Both the position numbers and the translations under genes were made by a program. The notes under the pieces were generated by a model. The model searched no databases. It had not been told where the DNA came from and worked only from the letters and a program-made list of their open reading frames with translations. Of a stretch of DNA of 42,138 bases, positions 7,958-17,141 are shown one piece after another. Position 1 is the first letter of the stretch. Each line of letters starts with the position of its first letter. The DNA lies in IMG/VR virus record IMGVR_UViG_2526164691_000033, positions 1 through 42,138 of that record. One strand, 5' to 3'. This stretch comes from a virus. Its lineage: Duplodnaviria; Heunggongvirae; Uroviricota; Caudoviricetes.

Positions 7958-8284
7958 ATGACAAAACTTGGATTCGTGATGAGAGGTCCGGTAAGAAGCG
8001 GAACTCATGCAAAGCGTAGCAAGAGTCGTATTTTTACTGGTAAGGTTGTAGCACGTAAATCAGCTATTGGCTCGTTCAATAGTGAAAATGCGGCATTGCG
8101 CCATATTTTTATCAGCACAAAGCCAAGAGCATCCGCTGATGTGCATACAATGTCTATTCCTATCACAAAGAATATAAAGCGGATAAAAAAGCTCTCATCT
8201 GCAGAATCAAAAGAGATATCTTTCCGCCAGCTTAACTCATTAGAAACGCATATGAAGGAAGAGGAATTCGATGTTTTTGAGTGA
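7958..8284 (+). CDS. hypothetical very basic protein (cargo island)
   Basis: GGAG 12 nt upstream; 108 aa, K/R-rich; AT-rich by eye; no recognisable domain. Confidence 0.4.
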   Translation: MTKLGFVMRGPVRSGTHAKRSKSRIFTGKVVARKSAIGSFNSENAALRHIFISTKPRASADVHTMSIPITKNIKRIKKLSSAESKEISFRQLNSLETHMKEEEFDVFE

Positions 8285-8783
8285 GTATAGCGGGAAGGTT
8301 ATACCTACTGGTGAGTTTAAAACTGATGACTTTCTGATTTCGCTAAAAGATGCTTTTAAACAACACTGGCGTCATGGTCATCATCCTGATCTGGGAAAAG
8401 ATACTCTTTTTGAAAGACCAGACGAAGTATTAGGCTTCCATCTCAGAAAGGTTCATGTCAATATTGGTGAATATGCATCATATTCATACTCATGTACTGA
8501 ACAGTGTTGGGATGAGTGGTCATATGGATTGATTGATGAACAAGGAAATTACAGGCCAAAACCAACCAGTAACGCATATCTCATATATGCAGTCAATGAA
8601 ATAAGAGATGCAGCCTTACTAGCTTATTGGGACCCGCCCGCACACACCAAAGCTAACGCAAAAGTTTGGATGGATTCCGTATTGAATTTCACAAAATTAT
8701 TTCATGAACGAACGAATACAGCCCCACTTAGTAGAAATGTTTATCCGTGGGATTATTCGTACAAATCCAAAAAGCCTGCATAG
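8271..8783 (+). CDS. hypothetical protein, 170 aa, His/aromatic-rich (cargo island)
   Basis: GGAAGAGGA before ATG; overlaps upstream ORF by 14 nt (translational coupling); no recognisable domain. Confidence 0.5.
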   Translation: MFLSEYSGKVIPTGEFKTDDFLISLKDAFKQHWRHGHHPDLGKDTLFERPDEVLGFHLRKVHVNIGEYASYSYSCTEQCWDEWSYGLIDEQGNYRPKPTSNAYLIYAVNEIRDAALLAYWDPPAHTKANAKVWMDSVLNFTKLFHERTNTAPLSRNVYPWDYSYKSKKPA

Positions 8784-8864
8784 TAGTTTTTTATGGACGA
8801 AACAAAAGTCAGTGCTACACTCATTGACGCCACATTGAGGTGGCTTATAGATGGAAATGTCACA

Positions 8865-9026
8865 ATGAAAAAAGCATTTGCTGCACTGTTCGTTTTGTTG
8901 TCTCTGGTAGCTTCAACTCAGGCCTTTGCCGGTCGTTGTCAGCACGACAGCGATACTGCCGCTGACGGCTCCCGCTGCGGTGGGCGTTCTGCGGATTCCC
9001 GCCCGGGCGGCGGTGGCATTCGTTAA
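8865..9026 (+). CDS. small secreted peptide (about 31-aa mature, two Cys), hypothetical
   Basis: MKKAFAALFVLLSLVASTQAFA then GRCQHDSDTAADGSRCGG...; start chosen so the signal peptide is N-terminal; the GC-rich 3' part could instead be RNA structure. Confidence 0.35.
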   Translation: MKKAFAALFVLLSLVASTQAFAGRCQHDSDTAADGSRCGGRSADSRPGGGGIR

Positions 9027-9031
9027 AAACA

Positions 9032-9049
9032 AGGCCGCGAAAGCGGCCT
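9032..9049. terminator. GC hairpin AGGCCGC-GAAA-GCGGCCT between convergent genes
   Basis: 7-bp GC-rich stem with GAAA tetraloop; A-run upstream. Confidence 0.45.
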
Positions 9050-9062
9050 GTGACATGTCACG

Positions 9063-9512
9063 CTACTTGCGAAATCTTTCTTTACCCTTCCAGCCAGTAG
9101 ATGTTAGTTCAGGATGAATGGTTCCCAATATAAAGCCAACCATAGCGGAGCGAGGATCTTCTATTTTATCCGTTAATTCTTCGGCATAACTCACAGGCAA
9201 CCAAGCAACAAGATCACCAATCCTCAGCTTTGGTCCTTTGCTGTAAGATGAATCGGCAATAACAAAAAATCCACCATCAGCTGAGCACACCTTCAGCATT
9301 GCCCTTTGTCTTCCAGAATCTAGCAAAACTGGCTGTTCCCCACTTGGACCAGGTATGATGATGGCTGGCATTGGTTTATTGGCTGAAAGGCTTGTGTCAA
9401 GATACTTACACGCATACTCAAAAGCTGAAAAGTTATCCTTAAAGATAAGAGGTTGAATTTTATTGCTAACCTCCTTACCACCGATTAATCTGTTGATCAT
9501 CTTCTTGAACAT
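9063..9512 (-). CDS. hypothetical cytoplasmic protein (cargo island)
   Basis: 149 aa from ATG with AGGTGA 6 nt upstream; no recognisable domain. Confidence 0.45.
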   Translation of the reverse strand: MFKKMINRLIGGKEVSNKIQPLIFKDNFSAFEYACKYLDTSLSANKPMPAIIIPGPSGEQPVLLDSGRQRAMLKVCSADGGFFVIADSSYSKGPKLRIGDLVAWLPVSYAEELTDKIEDPRSAMVGFILGTIHPELTSTGWKGKERFRK

Positions 9513-9524
9513 AAAGGTCACCTA

Positions 9525-9965
9525 ATGATTAAGCCGATGCACGCTATTACAGCTACCGTTTTGTTTATCCTACCAATTTTTTCGTTTGCAAACGACATAT
9601 GTTTTAAGAATTTAATAAATGAGGATATGTGTGCACATGCAAACAAAATTGCATCAGAAGCAGGAAAGTCACTTCCCATAAAATTGAATGATAATATGTC
9701 TATTGTTTCAATAAATGCAATACTAAACAAACTTTTAGTTGTAGCGCATCTTAATTACAACAACAGCTATTTATCAAAAGTTTATAATGGTGATGTAACC
9801 TTAGAAAATAAATTAAAGAGTGTAATGCGAAATTATTCAAAATCGAGCATTTGCTCCAACAGGCAAATGAAAGCATTTATTCACCTTGGCGGAGAGATTG
9901 AGTATAGGTATGTATTTAGTGATGGCAATATATTTGATACATACGCCATCACTAATTGTGAATAG
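9525..9965 (+). CDS. hypothetical secreted protein, AT-rich gene (cargo island)
   Basis: 146-codon ORF in markedly AT-rich DNA; N-terminal signal peptide (ITATVLFILPIFSFA); several Cys; stop codon abuts that of the convergent 1129-aa gene. Confidence 0.45.
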   Translation: MIKPMHAITATVLFILPIFSFANDICFKNLINEDMCAHANKIASEAGKSLPIKLNDNMSIVSINAILNKLLVVAHLNYNNSYLSKVYNGDVTLENKLKSVMRNYSKSSICSNRQMKAFIHLGGEIEYRYVFSDGNIFDTYAITNCE

Positions 9966-12900
9966 CTATTTCATCTGCTCTTCAACTTTATTTAGTAACG
10001 GTGATATCGCCCACAGGTTCTGAAAAGGTAGCATTTTACGGACCGCGTGGGTTTGCTGGCTGTCAAATTCTCCGTTAAGTACACCATTCGCAACCGTCGC
10101 GGCATCACCGCCAAGATCAAAGGTAGGACCAAGTAAAGCACCAATAGCATTACGACTCTGAAACCTTGATACCGGAGGCGCACCAAACATCGCGCCAAGA
10201 CCAAACCTACCGCCGCTTATGTTCTCAACGGTATTCAGCGGCTCAGAGAGCCAGCCAAGCATTCCGCCCCGGTCGATCCCCTCTTTCACAAGGTTATTCC
10301 AGCTGTAGTCGATATCGCGACCGCTTAACTTCTGTTTCATCATATAGACCATTGAGCCAAGCGCAATCGTGCCAAGCGCACCAAGATAGAATGCAGCATC
10401 GCCCTGCTGGATACCAGATACTAGCACCCTGTTATGCTGTGCGAAGATAAACGTTTTGAACTGCGTGATCATCTTCCAGCCTTCTTTACTAAAAAACAGC
10501 GGTGTATCACCTACGCCAGGCGTTACAATCACTGAGTCTACATCTTTCAGCACTGCAGACTGGAAAATCTCTCTAGCGAAACGGTCATCCCACAGATGAC
10601 TATGCCCGGTTAACAGCCCGTCCATATCCTCTCCGTGCTTCCCGAATTGCTCCCCGATTCGGCGCAGAACATCTTCATTGATGCCGACCTGTGCCATCTT
10701 CCGCATTTCACTTTTGGAGAGCGTGCCACCAGCAGAAACTTGGCGAGCCGCGTCAAGTATCCTCGACTGCACTATCATCCCGGACCATGATTTAAGTGCG
10801 CTGTTCCACTGATTCATCAGCGTCCAGTTACCGAATTTCTGCGTCATCCAGTTCAGACCTCGCTCAGCGGCGCTTCTCCGGCTATAGGGGTCAGTAAGAT
10901 CCGCTATAGCCTTTGTACGCGTAGACAGGACATAATCAAGCCCAACGGCCATTTCTCGCAAATCCCTGGTTGCAATTTTCACTGAGTCCATATTTTTAAG
11001 CATGCTTACCATTGGTCCGAGAGATTTTCTCAGGCCATGCTGCATCATCGGTCGCATCAGATCAGTTGCAGCGGAGACAGTCATTCCACCAAGCAAACGG
11101 AGGAAGTTAATATTCCTAGCAACTCGCCCGGCACGAACAAAGAAACTGCGTGGATCTTGAGGTGCACCGTAAGTACCAAGCAGTCGATCACGCATAGCCG
11201 TAATATCCCTAATATCAGCCTCCCGTTGCTTCTCAAGAACTGCACGTCGTTTAGGTGTTTTAGCCTCTTTTATTAGCCGGGTATATTCCTCACTAACCTG
11301 ACGGATTTGCTCCCCCATATCTTTACGGCCAAACTGCGCAGTCAGCTCAATTTCTGGTGCCACCTGCCGGAGATAACTTTCCATGATGTAGTTAACATCT
11401 GATTCAAGAAAATCTTCTATACGCTCATCAGGAATAAGCAGCGTTCTGCTTTTAGTGAAACCAGCCCGACCAACGAGTCTCTCTGGGATAATATCGGCTG
11501 GTACAAGCCCGGAAGGTGCGCCTATTATTTTATTCACGATCTCGTCAGCAGCGTCCTCTGCTTCCTCTCGGGATAGAGGCTCCATCTGCTTCAGTGCTCG
11601 TTCGCGGCTTGCATTCAGCCTTGTGGTTGAATTTGCCCGTTTTTGCAGTCGGCGAAGCTCAGAACGATATTTCCGTGGATTATCCAGCAACTCCATATGG
11701 CGCTGATAGACAGGAAGCTCACTCTTTGCCTGCGCTATATCATCAAGGCGTGTTTTAAGGTCAGAGCTTTCTTTCATCATTCTTGCCTGAAGTTTTTCTG
11801 ATGAAGTCTCGGCCAACTCTTTTTCTATTCTTGTAAGACGCGCCTGTGTGTCAGTCTCCTGAGATATAAGCTTATTTCGTTTATCCAGTTCTTCCATGAG
11901 TAGAATTTTTTTACCAGACCATTTCTCCGCTTCAGCGATTTCACTAGCGAGAGCATCAGCGCGCGGTGCCGATTCCTCTGCAGTTTTTAGCAATGAATTT
12001 ATCCTTTCAATTCGCTGACCTGCTTTGTCAGCACCTTTGGCACTAATCCCTTGTATCCAGTTGGCAATTCGCCCTCTGAATTCAGTGCGGTCGGAAAGTA
12101 TCTTATCGAACTTATAAATGCGGGGAAGATAACTTTTCGCCGTCACGACATCGATATCCTCAGGAAGGATCCCCAGTTCCTGCATACGGGCTTTTGTGGT
12201 CTCGAAAATGGGGCGGATTCTGGCAGCTGCTTGTGAAACCTCAGGAATATCACTCTGATCACCACGGCGCATAGCCATGCCAACAGCTTCATTGAAATCA
12301 ATAAAGTTCATCCTCTTCACGCCGCGGGCGCTAACAGATTTGCTGTACTGCTGGTAAGCATCACGAGTGGCTTCCATCTGCTTATAAAGCATGGCGTCGT
12401 ATTGCTTAATCTTAGTCTCGACTGCCGTAAACGTAGCCAACCCCTCATCATTTTTGGCGAAGAAATAGTTATTTTCGGCAAGCTGCTGGTTAATCTGACG
12501 GGAGACAAGAGATGGTGATTGAGCCAAGCGGCCAGCAGGAGTGACACTCAACGTTTTGTTAGCAAGTCCAAGTCCAGCGAGCTGTTCCTGATCGAGTGTG
12601 GTATTGAAAACCTGAGCTGCACCAATGCTTTGAGGAGAATCCATACCTCGCAAATGATTACCTACTGAGTTAACCACTGCCTCGCGCGCGCTAGGTCCAG
12701 CAAGTAGCTGTGCACCAGCACCAAGGATCCCACCAACGAGAGCATCAACAACAACGTTCGATACGCTCTCCATCGGTGAGCGAGCTTCCTGAGTGGCCTG
12801 TAATGCGGCTTCTGATACTCCCCCACCAGCAGCATTCGCCAGGGCAAAACGCCCTGCCGTCTCAGCAATACTTCCTCCACGCGCTACCGCCCCTACAGGG

Positions 12901-13355
12901 ATGAACATTGCAGCCACATTAACCGGGTCTATCATTCCCATTGCTAAGCTTGAAATAGTACCAGCACCACCCATTTCAGATAGATATTCTCTATCTGTTC
13001 TTTGCTTATCGATTCGATGTTTAATTGCCATTGTTTCTTCATGCGAACCGGAGTTGATAAACGAATCTGCAAAATCTTCATAGCCTTTAATATCTGCTGC
13101 ATCGTTATCAAATGGGTTATATCCTTCAACCCTGTCAAACTGACTGAAAGGAGCACTGGCAATAAAGCTACCCAGCGTGTTATCTATACGAAATGCTGCT
13201 TGTCTAGACCTTTGAACGCGTTGATCACTGGTAAATGGGTTCACAGCAGAAAGCAAAGAAGGTGTTTCCATATAGAAATTACTGTCATCAGGTGCTGCTA
13301 TTTGCTGAATATCCTCGCCAAGCAACTCTTTAGGATCCTGTTCATATATCGGCAT
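9966..13355 (-). CDS. large internal virion / ejection protein (1129 aa)
   Basis: Very large ORF in the virion operon, same position as T7 gp16-like or P22 ejection proteins; no catalytic motif recognised. Confidence 0.55.
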   Translation of the reverse strand: MPIYEQDPKELLGEDIQQIAAPDDSNFYMETPSLLSAVNPFTSDQRVQRSRQAAFRIDNTLGSFIASAPFSQFDRVEGYNPFDNDAADIKGYEDFADSFINSGSHEETMAIKHRIDKQRTDREYLSEMGGAGTISSLAMGMIDPVNVAAMFIPVGAVARGGSIAETAGRFALANAAGGGVSEAALQATQEARSPMESVSNVVVDALVGGILGAGAQLLAGPSAREAVVNSVGNHLRGMDSPQSIGAAQVFNTTLDQEQLAGLGLANKTLSVTPAGRLAQSPSLVSRQINQQLAENNYFFAKNDEGLATFTAVETKIKQYDAMLYKQMEATRDAYQQYSKSVSARGVKRMNFIDFNEAVGMAMRRGDQSDIPEVSQAAARIRPIFETTKARMQELGILPEDIDVVTAKSYLPRIYKFDKILSDRTEFRGRIANWIQGISAKGADKAGQRIERINSLLKTAEESAPRADALASEIAEAEKWSGKKILLMEELDKRNKLISQETDTQARLTRIEKELAETSSEKLQARMMKESSDLKTRLDDIAQAKSELPVYQRHMELLDNPRKYRSELRRLQKRANSTTRLNASRERALKQMEPLSREEAEDAADEIVNKIIGAPSGLVPADIIPERLVGRAGFTKSRTLLIPDERIEDFLESDVNYIMESYLRQVAPEIELTAQFGRKDMGEQIRQVSEEYTRLIKEAKTPKRRAVLEKQREADIRDITAMRDRLLGTYGAPQDPRSFFVRAGRVARNINFLRLLGGMTVSAATDLMRPMMQHGLRKSLGPMVSMLKNMDSVKIATRDLREMAVGLDYVLSTRTKAIADLTDPYSRRSAAERGLNWMTQKFGNWTLMNQWNSALKSWSGMIVQSRILDAARQVSAGGTLSKSEMRKMAQVGINEDVLRRIGEQFGKHGEDMDGLLTGHSHLWDDRFAREIFQSAVLKDVDSVIVTPGVGDTPLFFSKEGWKMITQFKTFIFAQHNRVLVSGIQQGDAAFYLGALGTIALGSMVYMMKQKLSGRDIDYSWNNLVKEGIDRGGMLGWLSEPLNTVENISGGRFGLGAMFGAPPVSRFQSRNAIGALLGPTFDLGGDAATVANGVLNGEFDSQQTHAVRKMLPFQNLWAISPLLNKVEEQMK

Positions 13356-16102
13356 TATTTGCCCCCTGCGTATATATTGCTCGGAAGGTAATTGGCTGAA
13401 CCATAACCGAATGGTTTGGTCAGATCTGGAGGAGTATATCCATCTTTATTGCTGAACTGCGGCAGCGGATTGCCTTCTCTCCGCACTCTAGCCTCATCAA
13501 CACGCTGTTGCTGGAACTGAATGGTTTGCCTGTACATTGGAGATGTCAGCTGATCCGGCTTGAAACGAACAGGGAGACCATTTTCTCCAATATAATTTCT
13601 CGGTTCTATCGCTCCGTTTGCGTCAGGCTGTAAAACCATAACAGCATAACTCCTATCCCTTGCCGTAAGGCCATCAGAAACAAGTATTAAGTCCGTATCA
13701 CTGCGAGGACCGCCAAAGGATTTTGATTTAAGCTCGCGTTTTTCCTGCTCCCACTGCCCCTGTATCCAGTTACCAGCACCATTATTTACTCCGTACAATG
13801 CCTCAGGTGCATACTTCATAACCTCTGCTTTGCCATTAACCGTAGAAACTCCCCAGGTGGTTCTGATCATGGCATTGGTCATTTTCTCAGCCTGTTCTGC
13901 ATCGCCACCTGTCTGTACAAAGTTAGCATCGTAAATTGTCTGGTAATCTCGCTGATAGGCCGCATTTGATTTTCCTGGATCGGTAATATCCGGAGACCAC
14001 GAACCAAAGGAAGTCAGACTGCTGGCGTTATTTTGTGCAGCAGTTGCCCTCGCCGCGACATATTTTTTGTCTCGCATGGCAGTGGAAAGCATCTGTTTCA
14101 TTCGGTCATCCTGTTGGAACACCTGGCTGTAAGCCATATCAACAGCCTTATCCTCCGGCACGCCAGCGCGGGAATAATCGTAAACCTTGCCGTAAAATGC
14201 CATCGTACTTTTATCAAGTGTTGCCGCTGCCGCCGGATTATTATCGAATAACTGACCGTAGAATTTTGCCATCGGGACAACCAGCTCAGGATCTCTTGAT
14301 GTTGCTCCACTGTTAAGCATTGTTTTAACCTGAGTTGGTATCATGCCGCTTTTAGTTGTGACGGTGACCAGTGTATTGATGCTCTGCGGATCAGATATGG
14401 AAAACGAAGGCGCGATATCCTGCGCGAAATAACGGTCTACCGCTGCCTGATTGTTTTTGTCGTTCGGGTCCAGCGGGAAGTTATTTTGCATTGAAGACAC
14501 GAACCTGTTTCTTCCCTGCTGAATCTCCCACTCCCTATCCATCTCTTTAAATTTGGCCTGCATTTTCTCCCAGCGTTGCTGGTTAGCTGCAAATCCAGGA
14601 GCGTTTGGATCCTGTGGACGTAAACGTTCAAGAATGTCTTGTCGTCCTTCTGGAGTGAGGTCTTTAGCGGCACCAATGACACCTCCATATTGTATCTGCG
14701 CCTGCATATCCTTCCACTTCATAGCGCCAATGCGCGGACCATTGGCCCGGATAAAATCGTCCTCAGAAGGTAACTTCTCAGGTTTCAATCCTTCATCAAG
14801 GGCTGAATATGCATCTTTAACTACGGTGCTAAGCTGGTCCGCATACTGCTGGCGGTACTGATTTCTCAGCTCATTAGCCTGCCTCAATGCCTGTATTTGC
14901 ATTTGAGGGCTCATAGCATCAAATGCCGCATTGCCCGTATAACGCTTAGGTGAATCAAGGTTAGTTAGACCAAGGGCTGCCGAGATACCAGTTTCAAGCT
15001 GTTCGGTGCTATAAGGCATACTGCCATTTTCGTGTTTAATAATCCCAGCACATAAAGCAGCTAGTGTCTTTGGGTTAGAGATATCAAGCTGATCATTCTC
15101 CCCAACACCAAGCTCACCACACAATGCCCTAATATAAGCATCAGTATTATTACCATCACTAGCCGGAGCATAGCGATTAACAATCTCGCTAACGGTGTCA
15201 TAGCCTTGACGCTGGTAAGACAACATATTTTTACCCAACGCGCGGATTCCATGCTCAGGGGTAGCAAACGTTGCAAAACGTCCATCGCTACCGATCTGAC
15301 CTTCCCACGGGTTAGATTTGCTCGCTTCAATATTACCAGGATTATTATTACGTAAACCACGAGCATCCAATGAATTACCATGTGATATTGCACGACTCAC
15401 ACCATCAAGATCACCTGGCTCTCCATTAACCTGAAGAAACTCGTTGTATTTTTGAGCGATATTTCCTATCCATGCTTGCTGCCCCATTTGTTCCTTGAGC
15501 TGAGTTTTCTGCTGAACACGCCACTCATCAGGAAGCCCATGCGCATCAGCGTATTGATCAATAGATTCAAATCGCTGCTTGGCTAAATCGACAAATGCTT
15601 GGTTATCGCTATATAGCCCCGCAGACTGAGTGACAGCCAATGCATTTCCTGACAAATACGTTTGATCTTGGAATTGCTGAAACTGCCCAACTTCATATCG
15701 ACGTGCCTGATTGTAATAAGACTGCATAGACTGCTGGAGTTGAAAGGATAATTTATTCCTTTCCTCACTTTCAGGAATTGAGCCTAATAATGCCTGAGCC
15801 CTTTCCTGCATATTTTTCATAACAGCGTCACTCTGACCAAGAGCGTTTTTACCCTGTTTAGAAATCAGCCCACTTTCAGGGTTGTTAATCTGGTCATCTG
15901 CAAATTGGTTAAATTGCAGTAACGCCTCCTGGGCCATAGCAACATTCGCTTTCTGCCTGGCTTCACCATATGCCACCGCATACTGATCTGCGACATTCGC
16001 CAGCACCTGACCTGCTTGAGGAACATCGAAGGTCTGAAAACCACCGGTTTGCACACCACGACTTTGCACCTGGCGTCCGGATGTAGTAGGAACAACTGGC
16101 AT
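13355..16102 (-). CDS. large internal virion / ejection protein (915 aa)
   Basis: Large ORF coupled head-to-tail to neighbours; central conserved-looking block LRNNNPGNIEASKSNPWEGQIGSDGRFATF may be an enzymatic domain (unverified). Confidence 0.55.
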   Translation of the reverse strand: MPVVPTTSGRQVQSRGVQTGGFQTFDVPQAGQVLANVADQYAVAYGEARQKANVAMAQEALLQFNQFADDQINNPESGLISKQGKNALGQSDAVMKNMQERAQALLGSIPESEERNKLSFQLQQSMQSYYNQARRYEVGQFQQFQDQTYLSGNALAVTQSAGLYSDNQAFVDLAKQRFESIDQYADAHGLPDEWRVQQKTQLKEQMGQQAWIGNIAQKYNEFLQVNGEPGDLDGVSRAISHGNSLDARGLRNNNPGNIEASKSNPWEGQIGSDGRFATFATPEHGIRALGKNMLSYQRQGYDTVSEIVNRYAPASDGNNTDAYIRALCGELGVGENDQLDISNPKTLAALCAGIIKHENGSMPYSTEQLETGISAALGLTNLDSPKRYTGNAAFDAMSPQMQIQALRQANELRNQYRQQYADQLSTVVKDAYSALDEGLKPEKLPSEDDFIRANGPRIGAMKWKDMQAQIQYGGVIGAAKDLTPEGRQDILERLRPQDPNAPGFAANQQRWEKMQAKFKEMDREWEIQQGRNRFVSSMQNNFPLDPNDKNNQAAVDRYFAQDIAPSFSISDPQSINTLVTVTTKSGMIPTQVKTMLNSGATSRDPELVVPMAKFYGQLFDNNPAAAATLDKSTMAFYGKVYDYSRAGVPEDKAVDMAYSQVFQQDDRMKQMLSTAMRDKKYVAARATAAQNNASSLTSFGSWSPDITDPGKSNAAYQRDYQTIYDANFVQTGGDAEQAEKMTNAMIRTTWGVSTVNGKAEVMKYAPEALYGVNNGAGNWIQGQWEQEKRELKSKSFGGPRSDTDLILVSDGLTARDRSYAVMVLQPDANGAIEPRNYIGENGLPVRFKPDQLTSPMYRQTIQFQQQRVDEARVRREGNPLPQFSNKDGYTPPDLTKPFGYGSANYLPSNIYAGGK

Positions 16103-16677
16103 CAGTAACCTCCTATTTTGAATCGGGAGTCAGAATTCATAAAACCTGAGTTAGATAACATTGGCGTCCCACCACTAGATGTACTTCCTTTAGAGAACGG
16201 ACTCCACGTCCCACCAAACATCTGGTACGCACCGTATGCCTTCAGAGGCGCAGTGAGCAATGTTGTTGCTGCTCCCAAATTCCCCTGTTTACGGGCTGAA
16301 CTGGCTTCTGCTTTATAGTTGGCAGCCTGAACCTGATAACCGTAAGCCTCGCGTTGCGCGTTATTCACCGTCGTCAGCGAATCAAGAGCGCCAAACTGGG
16401 CAGTGTCGCCAAATATATCCAGCGCGTTACCGGTAGATAAATCGGCGCCGGTCGCCCCCATTGTCGCCGCCTGTGTACCAAGCCGCTGTCGGGTCTCTCT
16501 GCGCCGTTGCTCAGCTTCAGCGTTACCTCTGTTTATTGCATCATTTGCCTGAGCTGTGGCTATATCTGCGTTCGCTTCTGCAACCTTCGAGGCATACTTT
16601 CCCTGTTGGTACTGGGTGTATGCCTGAATGCCACTCATGGCGAGCATTGCGCCACCAGCAATAACCGGATCGCACAT
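16102..16677 (-). CDS. internal virion protein (191 aa)
   Basis: Position and size comparable to T7 gp14-like core proteins; Ala/Gly/Gln-rich. Confidence 0.4.
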   Translation of the reverse strand: MCDPVIAGGAMLAMSGIQAYTQYQQGKYASKVAEANADIATAQANDAINRGNAEAEQRRRETRQRLGTQAATMGATGADLSTGNALDIFGDTAQFGALDSLTTVNNAQREAYGYQVQAANYKAEASSARKQGNLGAATTLLTAPLKAYGAYQMFGGTWSPFSKGSTSSGGTPMLSNSGFMNSDSRFKIGGY

Positions 16678-17141
16678 TATTTTCTCTCCATGTGAAATCT
16701 GTGGAAATTAAGACCAAGAGCACCATAAGGCGCGGCTTCTTCAAGCCTGAATCCAAGCCAGTGCAGCCATGCTTTGGCAACATGGTTTCGCTCGTCGACG
16801 TAGTTTTCCAGGCGCTGATAAACTGCCAGCATCTGCTGCAATACAGGGCGGCAGTGGCGCAGAAATGTCTTCTGATATTTTTCAATACGGCTGGTTCCTA
16901 CCAGCCAGGGCGTACCATTGCCACCGATCATTGACGCCGGAGATACACCAAACATGGTTACCAGTTCTCCGTTCGCGAACCCTGACCAGGCCATAGTCGC
17001 AGTGCGCAGACCAACACGCAGCGCATCTTCGGTAGTCATCAGCGATACCGCATACAGTTCGTCAATATCAGCCTGACGAACATCCGGCAAAATCATCTGA
17101 AGATGCTCTTCGGTTGCGGGAATAATTTGAACATCGATCAT
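16677..17141 (-). CDS. virion protein (154 aa)
   Basis: Coupled ORF in virion operon; position comparable to T7 gp13-like protein. Confidence 0.4.
   Translation of the reverse strand: MIDVQIIPATEEHLQMILPDVRQADIDELYAVSLMTTEDALRVGLRTATMAWSGFANGELVTMFGVSPASMIGGNGTPWLVGTSRIEKYQKTFLRHCRPVLQQMLAVYQRLENYVDERNHVAKAWLHWLGFRLEEAAPYGALGLNFHRFHMERK

Noticed and set aside
9050-9061. GTGACATGTCAC as a CRP site or LexA box
   Set aside because: Half-site spacing (TGTGA-N2-TCAC) does not fit CRP (N6), and it lacks the CTGT-N8-ACAG LexA pattern.
8926-9117. 63-aa plus-strand ORF overlapping the small secreted peptide and the terminator
   Set aside because: It runs through the terminator hairpin and into the convergent gene, in a locally GC-rich stretch where open frames arise by chance.
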